The notes: generated by a model from the sequence alone, not told the origin. Counted from the first letter of the stretch, positions 12,108-24,881 are shown. The stretch is DNA of 64,000 bases from Neoconidiobolus thromboides FSU 785 (GCA_025603075.1 MU626283.1:1-64000), one strand, 5' to 3'. A program made the numbers and translations.

Positions 12108-12901
12108 AATTATTGTTTTGATTGTTACCTTATTTTAAAATTTTGATATTGACAATGAACAAATTAAAAAAAGTTTCAAAAGTTTCAAAAAGTAAAAATA
12201 TAATAAGAGTAAGAATTATAATATATGGCGATGTACTTTTCGTTTAATAAAATTATTAGATAAAAAAATACATTCCCATATTATGTCAATATTGTATAAC
12301 ATAAATGAATGGTCTAAATTTCGATTACGAAAAAGAAAGGTTTCTTTAAAAATACCATAAAGATTTATATGTCACTCAGATAAAAATTGAGGCCAAATTT
12401 ATTCAAGAATTCAAATAATATAATAATTAAATGTTGTAGTATGAAAAAACTAATTTCAAAGTTAATAGTAAGTAATATGCTGGCTGAACCCGTGTACGTC
12501 TTTCATAAAGTTGCATGAGTTTATTTATCTACAAATTAATTTTGTTAAATTATATAAAAGGTTAATTATTGAACATATTAAAAATCCTTAAACTGTTTAC
12601 TATGATATCTATGTCTAATCTTGAATTTTATTGCTTATATAATTACAACCTTGAATTCCCTTAATGAAATACATCTTTTTGATACTTTATAAATTTAAAC
12701 TTTAACCTGTTTAATATTGATAGTTATAGCATAAATCTTTTATATATATTCATCACTCATAAATAAAGCAATGTTGTAGATACCATGTTTAAATTTTCGT
12801 AATAACAAATAAAAAAGGATACCAACAAATAATCCAATTCGTATAAAAAATGACAGTATGATATAGATTTAATGAATCTTAGTTTAATAAAAACAATAAA
12901 T

Positions 12902-13914
12902 TTAAGCACCATAGCCTCGAATATTCTCAGCAAATGCCCATTCTGTTTCTAAAGAATAAGGTTCTGAAATGGTAACTCCTTCTTCAGTAACTTTAGATAA
13001 TTGAATCTAAAGACAATTTAATATTTAAATTTTATAAATTATCCAAATTTTACCTTGTTGATTGAACGTGCATCTCTATAATACAATACTTTCATACTCT
13101 TCTCTAATACTTGCTTAGCTTCATCCTCACTTAATTGACCATTCGAGTTTTCATAAGCTTCTCTTAAAATAGGCTGTGCTAAATAAGCACCAAAACCAGT
13201 AGCAATAGTAGGTGCTTGATGGTGGTTACCCTTTAAATCAACTGCACCTAAAAATCTATTTATTTTTTAATTCGATTTTACTCTTAAATTCATTCTAATT
13301 ATTTTTACCCTTCGCCTTTAACGACACCAGCAATAACAAAATGATTCCATAATGGATTCATTTTAGTACGACGACTGTACATTAAATTGCACATATATTC
13401 AAAAATGTTTTTACTGTTTAACGAATGACCATCATCTTGAATTGCATCTTCGACACTAAATTTAGTTATTAATCCAGCCTTTTTTTGAAACTATAAAAAC
13501 GCACCTAATCTTCTTTAATATATGTTGTACAGCTTGATAATCTGAAATATCTCCGCTAGCTCCTAATAAAGTAGTTTTGTTTACTTTATGTAAACGCTGT
13601 ACATCCTTATATCTTGCCAATGAACCATAAGAAGCTAAATTTTAATAAATATAGCGCCTTTTTATTTATTCATCAAATTTTTACCTAAACAATCTGCAGC
13701 TAACATAACTCCATCTTTATACTTAATACCAATAACGGAAGTACCAGTAACAATAGGTTGTCTAGTTAAAAAATAATCAATCAAGAATTCATTTAATGTT
13801 ATCCTCTAGGTCTTACTGAGTATGTGTAACTGGAGCATGGCCATAACTTGTTTCTGGGTTATAACTTGGCTTAATGGAGGTAAGATAACTATCGTAACTT
13901 GGTTCACTATTCAT
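12902..13914 (-). CDS. PRE4: 20S proteasome subunit beta type-7 (multi-exon)
   Basis: Spliced translation gives HTQQPIVTGTSVIGIKYKDGVMLAADCL...SYGSLARYKDVQR and a C-terminal TEWAFAENIRGYGA*. Confidence 0.93.
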
Positions 13915-14242
13915 TGTGTAATATAAAAATAAACTTTTTACAATTAAAAAATTAGTATATTGCTGCTTTACGTCATCCAAGCTTGGTTCTATTGCATTTT
14001 TCCAAAGTTCGCAATTTTTAAGTTTCCTTTTTGAGTGGAACCATTTTTGTATTTGCTTGATTTTGTTTTAATAAATCAAGCATTGCTTTTGAAGTATTAA
14101 AACAGCATCAGGTATTATTAATGTATGCCATCATTATACACTAAAATTAGTATACTATTTTAAATAACAAAATAGAATATAAATAAAATATTATAAAAAT
14201 TCACAAAAAAGTTTATTAATTAAAGAAAAGGCAAACCAAATC

Positions 14243-16453
14243 TTATTCACCTAAAGGCCTAAGATTAACCATCAAAGTAGAAGATCTAGAAGCAGTATGT
14301 TTACCAACCACTTTTTTTAAAGCATCAGCAATGGAATTGATGGGGAAAATTTTTATCCCCTTTTCAATATTTCTGGGCTTAGGGTTAGGGAAAGCCATTA
14401 TTTTGCGAAATAAAGTTTGATAATCCTTGGTATTCCTAGAAATTGTTATTGGTGTAAAAAGTTCCAAATTCCTACGAATTCGATTTTTTTCTTCTAAGGT
14501 AAAGATTACTTGTAATAAAAATTCTAATAGATTCACTAAATCCACTGATGTTACAAAATGTGACTCTTTATCGTCACTAGAAATAATAGATATTACGCTA
14601 TGTTCAAAAGGAAGGAACAAGGTGTCTTGTTCCTTATCTTTGTATTGTTTTGATTCAATCATATACTCTTCTTGAGAAATTACTTCAAAGGAGCAATATA
14701 ACGTATTTTCACTATGTCTTCGATTAAATTTTATCAACCTACGCCCAAAATCAGTTTCATTTTTAGTCCTAATTCAATTTATAAATAAAAGCTTATAATA
14801 ATTTCTAATAATTTCAACTTACCAACTTTCAACAAATTGTTTAACATCAGACTCAAAGATCAACTCAGCCCGATTTAATACACCATGAAATGAAGCAGTA
14901 TTAAAAGTGATTTTCTTATCATCATTGGGACTTGTTAGATCATTCATCTTTTTACTAAATATTTTCTTATTCAATTTCAACTCAAGCTTTTGTTCTCCTT
15001 TTTTCCTTTTATTAGGTGGCTCTGAAGAATCTTCCTTTACATTCAACTTTGGCTTCAGTTTACTTCCATTCCCCATAGGAACTAATTTCTTTTCCCTAGG
15101 TTTATTGCTTTCGCTAGGTGGAGATAAAGTACTAGGAGTTGAATTTGGCTCTGAGGTAGTACTTAATTGATTTTCACATGAATTAGTTTCCACTAACCCA
15201 GGAGATCTTTTAGCTTGATTACTTTTATAATGTGTCTTTGCTAATGTCATATTCATTCCACTAATTTGGTTAACACCATCTTCTGGAGATCTGCTATTAT
15301 TAATCTCTTTGCTCTTACTTTTTCTCCTTTTTATTTCTTTTACATTACTAAATTTATTAATTGTTTTTTCCTGTGGTGTTGTCCTCATTTCATTCACTCC
15401 ATTCATTAATGTCGGTTCTGCATATTTGGCATGCATTTTTTGTTCACTCTGTACTAAATCAAATACATTGTTATCAAACAACCTATCTTTATAATAAAGC
15501 AACATACTATCATTATTAACTAGATTTAATCCTCCTATAGTAGTACCAATATTATTAGCATGGATATTTGAATTATTTATAGTAGTAAATAAAGTAGGAT
15601 CAAATCCACTATTACTAAACGCTGGGCTTAAGAAGGGGTCATAAAGGGATTGGCTTGCTAACATTTCTTTTTCGCTTTGACTTGGATAATAGTTAGTAGA
15701 TTCTAAACTACTCCTTAAATGGTTCATATATGTTCCCATTCGTAGTCTAGGCTGAGGTGGATTAGCAGAGTGCAAATCATATGTCATTGGAAGAATTTGA
15801 TTATAATTGTTATAGCCAAATAATGGTTGATATGTTTGGTATAAATCATTTCTTGGTTGATGATCTACTTTATAATCATAGCTTGTAGTATTTATAATTA
15901 AATTTTCATGAGCTATATTTACAGTGTCATTATTAGTACTCATCGTTAGATTATCATTTGTGAAATTATTAGCTACATCAAAAAATTTCTCATTACTATT
16001 CATCATGCTTATACTATCAGTAGTAACTCCGGTGCTAATATTAACGCTAGATTGATTGGTTACTATACAAGCATCTACATTGTTGGTATTAGTCGGTATA
16101 CTTGGGTTAATACTAGTGGTATAAACGAAATCCCCAAAGCACCAGTTTCGAATTGGAATTTCCATATTTCCTTCAAAAGTTACCGAAACTACGTAAAGAG
16201 GAGCTTTATTATCAAACCAACCAATTTCTTCCATCTTTGGTAAAATGGCACTCAACTGTATATAACCTCTCGCCGATAACCATTGTACAGTATCTAATAA
16301 CTTCATTCCAATAGCTAATTTTAAATTTAAATTCATTAATTCTGGACATTTTTCTAATTGTGCTGTTATCCTTTCCCCTGGTTCACCAAGACGAGGAAAA
16401 TATTCAAAAACTCTTACGGGTAAAGTTTGAAATCCAAAAGAGTGCATCAACAT
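14243..16453 (-). CDS. Medusa (MedA/ACON-3/Ren1)-family developmental regulator (2 exons)
   Basis: The C-terminal exon has FVTSVDLVNLLE...EEKNRIRRNLE...FPNPKPRNIEK.IKIFP...ALKKVVGK, the conserved Medusa-type domain. There is an intron at ~14769-14822 and a low-complexity middle region. Confidence 0.8.
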
Positions 16454-18967
16454 TTTGAGTTTATTTTGATGAAGATGCTAAAAAAAAGTAGAACAAAGGC
16501 ATGAGCAATGTTATTATTGAAATATGATATATGACTACCTTCAATTAACTTGTAATTTTTAAATGATATTTAATAATGAAAAAGAACTTATTGGTTTATA
16601 ATCTGTAATTTAAATAAAAAATCTTCATTCATATTTATAAATTTATTCTTAAAGAATAGTTAAATGGATTAAATTTGGTTTTTAAGCAGGTAAATTTGAA
16701 ATTTGGCTTGGTTTCTCGCAATGAACCATAAAATTGAGTTGCAATCAAAGCTTTATCGAACATTAACTAAGAGAACAAAGTAACTCCTTTTAATAACACA
16801 ACCTATAGCTTAAAATCAAAATTAGTATCAGCATAATAATAACTAAAGAGCGTTAAATAATACATATTTGCTCCATAAAGCGATGGACAAATTAATAGTA
16901 TATGGTTACTTCACCATAAATAATGGAAGCTTAAGGGTGACCCATTAAAAGTTCCATATAAGTAAGAAGCCAATCTAATTATAGTAAAATTCTAAAAATA
17001 ACCCTGAAATTTTAAGGATTAATTCAAGTGTTTTCTTTCTACCACTTCTTTTTTATTGGCTTATTATGCTTGTACTCATCGTTACTCCAATTAAACCGTG
17101 GGAAAGTTGTAAGCAAGTGTAAGCATCCCTTATTGTTAACTTTCGAATAATAAAATCAATTTCTTGGTTTTCAATTTAATAGGTTAAATAGCGCCAGTTA
17201 TAAACTTATGTTTCAGTTTTTAGTTTACTTTAAATTATATTTATTTTACTTTTAAATAAAAATCAATCAATTATAATGTTAATAGCTTAAATTATACGTT
17301 TAAGAAGTAAATGTCATATATTAGATATATTTAGATGGTTAAAATTTAACCGCTTCATTTCAATAGTCCTCGAAGAATAATAATAAGTTATTATAAATAG
17401 ACGAAGTTATTAAGTATACTATAAAGTTTATAAAAAATAATATAAAGGCTATAACATAACACATAAAGTTAAAACTTATCCAATAAATTGAATGTGAAAG
17501 GGGCCATAATTTCGAACTCAAGTAGCAACATCTCAATTTTTTAAAACTTGGCCAATTATGTATTGCTAGGTTGAGATTTTGGTGTTCGGTTATTAAATGT
17601 AAAAATTTTATTTTTAAGCTAGAACATTATTTTTAGTTAAAATTATTGGCTAAACAAAAAAGTATTTTGCAATATTTAAAAGTAAAGTTTAATTTAACTT
17701 TTTAGGGTTTACAGCTATTGATGATATACATAAGTTGAATCTATTAGTAATTAATACTATTAATCGATTTTTCTCTCTAATTTATTATTTGTAATAATGA
17801 GCTATTAATAGTGTTCTTTAGCATATAATAAGTAACTAAATCGCTATACTATTAGCTAAGTTTCATGGAAGAATTAGCATACTGAAGTTATAAATTTATT
17901 AGGAGCACTCTTCACAACATAAATATATATCTAGTGAAATATAATGATGTCAAATGCTATTGAGCTATTGCGATAATACTCTGTTTTTAAACTATTTAAA
18001 GTTTCATAAGTTTTTTGTATTCGTTATTTTTAATATACTCAAGCTGTTCTATTAAATTAACTCACTAAATTTTGTTTTTTCGAAAAAAGCTATCAAACCT
18101 GTATACTCTTATATTAAAAGCACCTGCTTTACTATTATTATGTTAAATAATCGTATTTTTTTGTGTAATTATTTTTAAAACTCAATTTCAAACATTTTGA
18201 AATATTACCTAATATGGTAATAAATCCAGTTAAATGCAATTCATCTTTTTATGACAATGATAAAGTAAAGACCATAAGTACAGCTTTTGATTAGTTATTT
18301 AATAAATATAATAGCTTTTTATTTTATTTTAAGTGATATTAAACATAATCAATCATCACATACATCCACACTGTTTATGCTTTTTACAAATTTTTCGAAA
18401 TACATTTCAACTCATTTGATATTTTTAAGTTTGGTCATAATACCCGGGTTAAAAGCTACATGTAATTCAAATTCAGAATAAAATTTGTTCATGAAGAAAA
18501 TCACATTAGTTCCGTATTTAATACCCGATTATCTGAATAAACATGTACCTAGTTTTCTAAAATTTTCCGCTCTTCCTATCCACCCTTAACCCTTTGCTTT
18601 GATTATAATTTATAGGCAACTTGTTCCTATTATTTTGGCTTTTCATCCAAAATTTAAAAATGCTTCATCTCTTCTTCCCCATATCCACATGAGGTTAAAC
18701 ATATAAAGACCTAAATACAAGTCGCCCTAGTAAAATATGACTTTTGAGTTCAGCTTACAAGAATTTAGAGATCTTATAAGGATCTATCAACTTTATTTGA
18801 TATCTCCCCTACCTTTATGATGTCTTACTTTAGCTCTTTCCTTCTTCACAACTAAAAGCACCTAAGATTCGCTTATTGATTTTTTAAGACTGTATTAAAA
18901 GAGAACAATACTGAATATAAAATAATTGACCATATTTCAAATCAAAAGTTTATAATTGCTGTAAAAT

Positions 18968-19065
18968 GGAAATGTATTTTTGTATTTAAGAATTTTGCTA
19001 ACAATTTTTTCACTCAAATAGCGCTTAAAAGATGGAAAAAATAGTGAAGCCAAAAAAACATCCCT
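18968..19065 (+). mobile_element. ~98-bp MITE copy
   Basis: AAAT|GGAAATGT...ACATCCCT|AAGT. Confidence 0.85.
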
Positions 19066-19234
19066 AAGTAGTCTTCTTTGATTTTAATTGATCTAATAAT
19101 TATTATACATAAAACTTACACTTTTGTGATATATAAAAATCAACAACTTTGAGTTATTAAACATAATTATTTATGAATGGATACACTTCTTATATTTATT
19201 TTCTATAGTTGTAACTATAACAAAAGTAATATAT

Positions 19235-19558
19235 GGGGATATCTCTTTTTAAGAAACTTACTAATATATTTTCCGCTTAATAGCACTTAGAAAATGGAAA
19301 AAGTGATAAAACCAAAAAAAAATATCACCATATGGGAGTGTTTTTTTTGACTTCATTATTTAAGGGATCTTTTAAATAGTATATGGGGGTGTTTTTTTGT
19401 GTTTAAGAATTTTACTAACAATCTTTTCACTCGAATAGTGCTTAAAAAATGGAAAAATAATGAAGTCAAAAAAAACATCGCCATATGGAGATGCATTTTC
19501 TTATTTCGCTACCAATTTTTCTACTCAAATAGCACTCAAACCGAAAAAGTAATGAAAC
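19235..19558. mobile_element. Chain of four MITE copies/fragments joined through ATAT
   Basis: Full copies at 19235-19329 and 19385-19482, both flanked ATAT/ATAT; a reverse fragment starting at 19334; a truncated copy at 19487-~19558. Confidence 0.85.
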
Positions 19559-19776
19559 TGTGAAATCTGGTACTCAGTGATTTGAGTCAAGGACAGCTAT
19601 TACTTGGTTGACTACTCTATAAGTTAAAAAGTCTTAGTTTATATGACTAAGATAGACTTGGATTATGAAGAATGGCACGTAGTAGGCTACGGACTATGTA
19701 AGACAAATAGAATAGACAATACTAATGTAAAATCTATGTAAAATACTATTAAGTAAAGTTAGTGGCTTTATTAAAT

Positions 19777-19976
19777 GGGGGTGTTTTTTTTGGCTTCATT
19801 AGAGGATGTATTTTTGTATTTAAGAATTTCGCTAATAATTTTTTCATTCAAATAGCGCTTAAAAGATGGAAAAAATAGTGAAGCTAAAAAAACATCCCCA
19901 TTACTTTTCCATCTTTTAAACACTATTTGAATGAAAAAATTATTAGCGAAATTCTTAAATACAAAAGTACATCTCC
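19777..19976. mobile_element. Nested MITE: a + copy (19802-19899) inside a - copy
   Basis: Outer TSD AAAT/AAAT, inner TSD ATTA/ATTA; total length 200 = 98 + 4 + 98. Confidence 0.92.
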
Positions 19977-20499
19977 AAATGTTCGAGATATTAAGGAATA
20001 ATTCAGTTAAAAAGCCTCGAGCTATTATGTTTTAGAACCTCTTTTATATTCCGACAAGTATATATATCAAAACAAGAGGATAACGTTCTTTGAGACAAGA
20101 TATAAGTCCTTATACCAAATCAAAATAAGAGGATTGGGATTGATTGTCTCTGAAACCAAAAACACAATAACTTAAGCGATTGTTATGTTATAATTAACCA
20201 TGGGGCTGACAAAGCGATATTTCACAAAACCAAAAAAAAGCTAATCACAATAACAACTGGCTTATTTTTAAATGGTTTATTAAATAAATCATTTTTTAAA
20301 AGTATACTTTTTGGAGAATAATATTCGTCTACTATTTAAACATTTTAATTAAATAAAAATGTTTTTTTTGTTTAATAAATTATTAACATTTTTTATTCCT
20401 CAATGATGCTTGAATAAACAAAATAATGAGACTTAAAAAAACATACTCAAATAATATTTAAAGATATTTGTCTTTTATAAAAAAAATATAGGGATATGT

Positions 20500-20600
20500 G
20501 AGAATATATTTTTGTGTTTAAGAATTTCACTAACAATTTTTCCACTCAAATGATGCTTAAAAGATGAAAAAAACAATGAAGCAAAAAAAAAAACACCCCT
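20500..20600 (+). mobile_element. ~98-bp MITE copy
   Basis: ATGT|GAGAATAT...ACACCCCT|ATAT; internal sequence matches the consensus. Confidence 0.8.
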
Positions 20601-20744
20601 ATATCATTTTTATTTTTTTATAATTTATAGTTTTCGCCTAATAATATTTTTTCACAAATCATATTAAAAACAAGTATTTAAGAATTAATATAACTGTTAA
20701 ACAAATTCAACTTTAAAAATATAAACTATTGTTTAATTAAATAT

Positions 20745-20839
20745 GGGAATGTTTTTTTTGGCTTCATCACTTTTTCCATTTTTAAGCGCCATTTGAACGG
20801 AAAGATTAATAGTAAAATTAAATGAAAAGATACATCTGC
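20745..20839 (-). mobile_element. ~98-bp MITE copy
   Basis: ATAT|GGGAATGT...ACATCTGC|ATAT. Confidence 0.85.
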
Positions 20840-21245
20840 ATATTAAAAGCTAATTTAATTAAATTATTTGAAGTATTTAAAATAACTATTAATAAAAAGC
20901 AAGCTGATAATTAACTCTTTATTAGTTTTATTATATATATACATAACAATAAAAAACAAGGATACCTAAATGATCAAATCAGTATTAGAAATATTATAGT
21001 TTAATTTAATAATTATTTTATTAGATATAAAGTTATTATAACAATGCTAGTATTGCTATTAGTTTTCAAATCAAATTTAATAATTTAAAATTAAAATATC
21101 AAAGTTTATTCAAGTATATTGACAATAAATTATTGAGACACAACAATATCAATTAGGATTCACATACTTTTTATTAACATCAAAATAAAATAAATACATT
21201 TAACTAAAAAACTGAAATCTAATAACAAAATAAAGAACCACTTAT

Positions 21246-21342
21246 TGGGATGTTTTTTGGTTTCATGAGTTTTTCCATTTTTTAAGCGCTATTTGAGTAG
21301 AAAGATTATTAGTAAAGTTGTTAAGCAAAAGAATACATTCCC
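21246..21342 (-). mobile_element. ~98-bp MITE copy
   Basis: TGGGATGT...ACATTCCC termini; internal sequence matches the consensus. Confidence 0.8.
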
Positions 21343-21870
21343 ATGTCATAATAATTTAAAAGTAGCATTTACATTGTTCCACAATAGAAATTTAACTATA
21401 AAGATAAGTCACAGCTACAGAGATAAATAAATAGTGAACAATGAATAATGTATAATATATAATATACAACAATAAAAATTAATCTAATAACCTATTTGAA
21501 CAATCATATTAATTACAAAACAATTAAAGCGTAAATAGAAACAAAAATTAAATGATCTAAAGTAGCACTCATGTTATTTTATAATAAAAATATAATCACA
21601 AACATAAGTCCCAGTTACAAAGATAATCAACAATCAATTATTTAACATTAATTGACCTAAACAAACATATTAAATATCACATATAAAACCTAATTAATTA
21701 ACACCATAAAATTCCCACGATTTGAAGTATTAAACCTACTGAAACTATCAAAGATAATTAAGTAGTTTAACTGAAAGTACTCTAATTTAATAACCATTAT
21801 TATAAAATATTTAAACTAATATATACAATAATACGATTACTAGTATCAATTTAAGCCCAAGCAAAGGCTA

Positions 21871-21917
21871 CACGTGGGGATCGAACATCAAACTTGGAAA
21901 TAAAGTTAGCACGTGGG
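21871..21917 (+). promoter_or_regulatory. Two CACGTGGG E-boxes (Pho4-type bHLH sites) upstream of PPN1
   Basis: CACGTGGG at 21871-21878 and 21910-21917, about 350-400 bp upstream of the ATG at 22270. Confidence 0.55.
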
Positions 21918-22269
21918 CTAAGCTTTTGGATATTAATTGAAATTTTAACCAGAGAAAGAAAAGAGCCAATAAATAACAAAGAAAAAATTATTGAACTTAA
22001 AAAGAGAATAAAGAATACTAAAGAAATTCAAAGCAAAACTTTTATGTCCCATGGAATTTTAATTCGGATTGCTTAGTGGAGTAGTTTAACAATTATTTGA
22101 TTACTTTGTTCCCCTCAAGTTAAAATGGGATTATTAAAAGCCATATTATGAAATAATTCCCTCATCTTTTTATCATCATTTTAGATTTTTGACATTTTAG
22201 ACTCATATATAAATACCCAGTAAAATAGTAATTTAATTATATTAATTTCATACTCTTCTTTTATAAAAG

Positions 22270-23716
22270 ATGCCATCCATATTCAATTTACCAATTCATT
22301 ATTTATTTTTATTTATATTAATTATCAATTTAATTCTAATATGTAATTTATCACTATTAAGTAGTAGTAATGTTAATACTAATATTGAAGATTCTTCTTT
22401 AAAATCGGAGAACATCAATAATAACTTTGGGAACTTTTTACATATCACTGGCAAGTATAAAATAGCAATACATTATTTAATAATAACTATGTTAACTTTA
22501 TGTTTTAGATATTCATGAAGATATGAATTATATAAAAGGAGCGACAGTAGATAGTTATTGTCATCGAAAAGGAAAACCAAATGATAAAAAAGGTGGTAAA
22601 TATGGAGCATTAGGAAGTAAATGTGATAGTCCACATACTTTAGTTAAAGAGAGTTTTGATTTTATGAAAAAAGAATTTGAAAATCAAATAGATTTTATTA
22701 TTGATACAGGAGATAGTATAAGGCATAATAGAGATAAATCTTTGTTAAGAGATGATTCAGAGATATTAAGTTCACATAAGAGAACAGTAGAATATTACAA
22801 GAATGCATTTGATTTAAATAAGATGACAGTAATACCTAATTTGGGAAATAACGATATTTTTATTCATAATGAATTCAATACTAATTCAAGTATATTAAAA
22901 GAATTAGCTAAGATTTGGTTACCTTACAGATTAAATTTAGAAAATAATCCAACCTTTTTAAAAGGAGGGTATTTTAAAATGGATTTATCAGAGAGTATTA
23001 AAGTATTATCATTAAATACATTAATTTGGTATAAAAGGAATTCAATATTGAAAGATTGTAATGAAGATAGTATTGGCTATGAACAATTAATCTGGTTAAA
23101 ACAAGAACTAAATGAAGCAATGAATCAAAACTATAAAGTTTATATAACTGGACATGTACCTCCACATAAACCGAACGGTAAAGCATTATATAAAAAACAA
23201 TGTTATAAAAAATATATCAATTTAATTGGAAGATATTCATTAGTAATTAATGGGTATTTTCATGGTCATACTAATTCCGATTATATTTCTATATTAGTTA
23301 AATATAAAAATAAAGACAAGAAAAAATTTCGATATGCTAAAGAAAATAATTGGAATTTTAAATTGATTACATTAACTCAAGATAAACCTTCCTTTACTTT
23401 ATCACCAGCTGAAATTGTAACTGTAATGACCAATGGACCTTCTATATTACCTATTAATAATCCAGCTGTTAGATTATATACTTATGATCGTAATCGAAAA
23501 GGTATATTAATTAAGTATATTCAATATTATGTCAATCTTACTCAATCGAATTTGGATCAAAAGTTACAATTTAGTATTGAATATGATACTAAATTAACTT
23601 ATAAAATGCAAGATTTATCTATTACTTCTTGGAAATTATTTTTAATTCAATTACTTAAATCAAAATCCAATTTCTATTCTATTTATTCGAAATTTATTAA
23701 AGTATCAACTAAATGA
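22270..23716 (+). CDS. PPN1: Endopolyphosphatase (vacuolar metallophosphoesterase); 2 exons joined by a GC-AG intron (22451-22508)
   Basis: N-terminal TM segment. Splicing restores GNFLHITDIH; then CDSP, IIDTGDSIRH, GNND, GHVPP and GYFHGHTN motifs. GNND (rather than GNHD/E) favours PPN1 over acid sphingomyelinase. Confidence 0.85.
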
Positions 23717-23841
23717 ATCACATTAAGTTGAAGTTAAGCTAAGTCAAGTATGACTATTATTAAATAAAGATGCATAATAAAATAAATAAACTTTCTAATT
23801 TATATCATTTATAATTTTATTTATTTTAGCTACCTGGAACT

Positions 23842-24381
23842 TTAATTCCTATTTTTCAACAAGCCTAAGCTTTGCATTTTCTTTGCGAAAGTAGGGGTAA
23901 GAGCGGCGGTAAGAGGCACTCTAATAGGCACGAGTAATTTATGAATAGAATAAGCGACTGCAAAAGTAGACCAAAAAGAAGGTTTATTATTTTCGGATAA
24001 TTCAAATTGCTTCTCAATCCCAATTAAATTTAATAAATTTTGTAATTGAGATTGTAAATAAAACACTTGTTCTTCACCACCAAAATGTAATAATGAAAAA
24101 GTAATACTAAGATCAATTAAGGAGATACCATTGTAAACTATAAATGCAGCTAATCCATATTTTTTCATTAAATCTTTAAGACCTAATTTGGCTGGTGGTG
24201 AGCTTGGAGTATCATTTGTTTTTGGTGCAGAATTCTTCTCTTTGAATGTGTTTTGTGTAATTTGAGTTGCTACAATCCATCGATTTTGATTTAATTTAAA
24301 ATTATTTAATAATAATTGATTATTAAATAAAATGGTACTATTCTTTGATTTAGTCCATAATAATCTATTCAATCTCATCAT
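23842..24381 (-). CDS. FAM210/DUF1279-family mitochondrial membrane protein
   Basis: Presequence-like N-terminus; LMKKYGLAAFIVYNGISLIDL...TFAVAYSIHKLLVPIRVPLTAALTP. Confidence 0.85.
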   Translation of the reverse strand: MMRLNRLLWTKSKNSTILFNNQLLLNNFKLNQNRWIVATQITQNTFKEKNSAPKTNDTPSSPPAKLGLKDLMKKYGLAAFIVYNGISLIDLSITFSLLHFGGEEQVFYLQSQLQNLLNLIGIEKQFELSENNKPSFWSTFAVAYSIHKLLVPIRVPLTAALTPTFAKKMQSLGLLKNRN

Positions 24382-24881
24382 TTTCCTGTTTATTGATCTC
24401 TTTTTCTATAATTTATGTCTAGTCTTAAGATAAGCTTTTATATATTGATTACACTAATACTATATTGTTAACTTAAAGTTTAAAATAATTCACTTTTTAA
24501 TTTTTATCTAATAAAAAAAGTGATATCTGACATCATTCTATCAATTAAAAATATTGATATAGCTCCTTTCTACTAATCCAACCAATAGGAAATTAGATTA
24601 GTTTAATGAGTTATGGAGTTGAATTAAATTATAGTTTATATTACTAAAGAATCCAATGTAAATAGTAGCATTCAGATATTAAAAATTCTATTATTATCAA
24701 AAAGAACATCAAAAGCCAACTTAATCTTGAAAAAACCAATGAAACTAAAACAAGTAATTTTTTTATAAAAAATACAAATTCTTCGAATTTTAATACTTCA
24801 AACAATAATTACAATAATCATATAATAAGCATTAAATAATTCGATAACATTTAGCAGAAGCTTTCTAATTTTTTAAAAAAG

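Noticed and set aside
12700-12900. Minus-strand WIICWYPFLFV resembling a GPCR TM6 motif
   Set aside because: An isolated motif bracketed by stops in the PRE4 3' region; probably chance in T-rich DNA.
14427-16243. Antisense or alternate-frame ORFs overlapping real genes (also 161-502, 8708, 38651, 40082, 42470, 45968, 47436, 55822)
   Set aside because: Shadow ORFs from codon bias; many other short track ORFs are exon fragments reading into introns or AT-rich noise.
18290-18720. Possible decayed ORF on the minus strand
   Set aside because: No identifiable transposase or other motif; it needs BLASTx.
18968-21342. Clustered near-identical repeats that might suggest a CRISPR-like or satellite array
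   Set aside because: The copies have TIRs, TSDs, mixed orientation and irregular spacing in a eukaryotic genome; they are MITEs.
21860-21900. The reverse strand reads GTTCGATCCCCACGTGTAGCC, like a tRNA T-loop and acceptor 3' end
   Set aside because: There is no pairing T stem, D arm, anticodon arm or 5' acceptor strand; it is better explained by the CACGTGGG motif.
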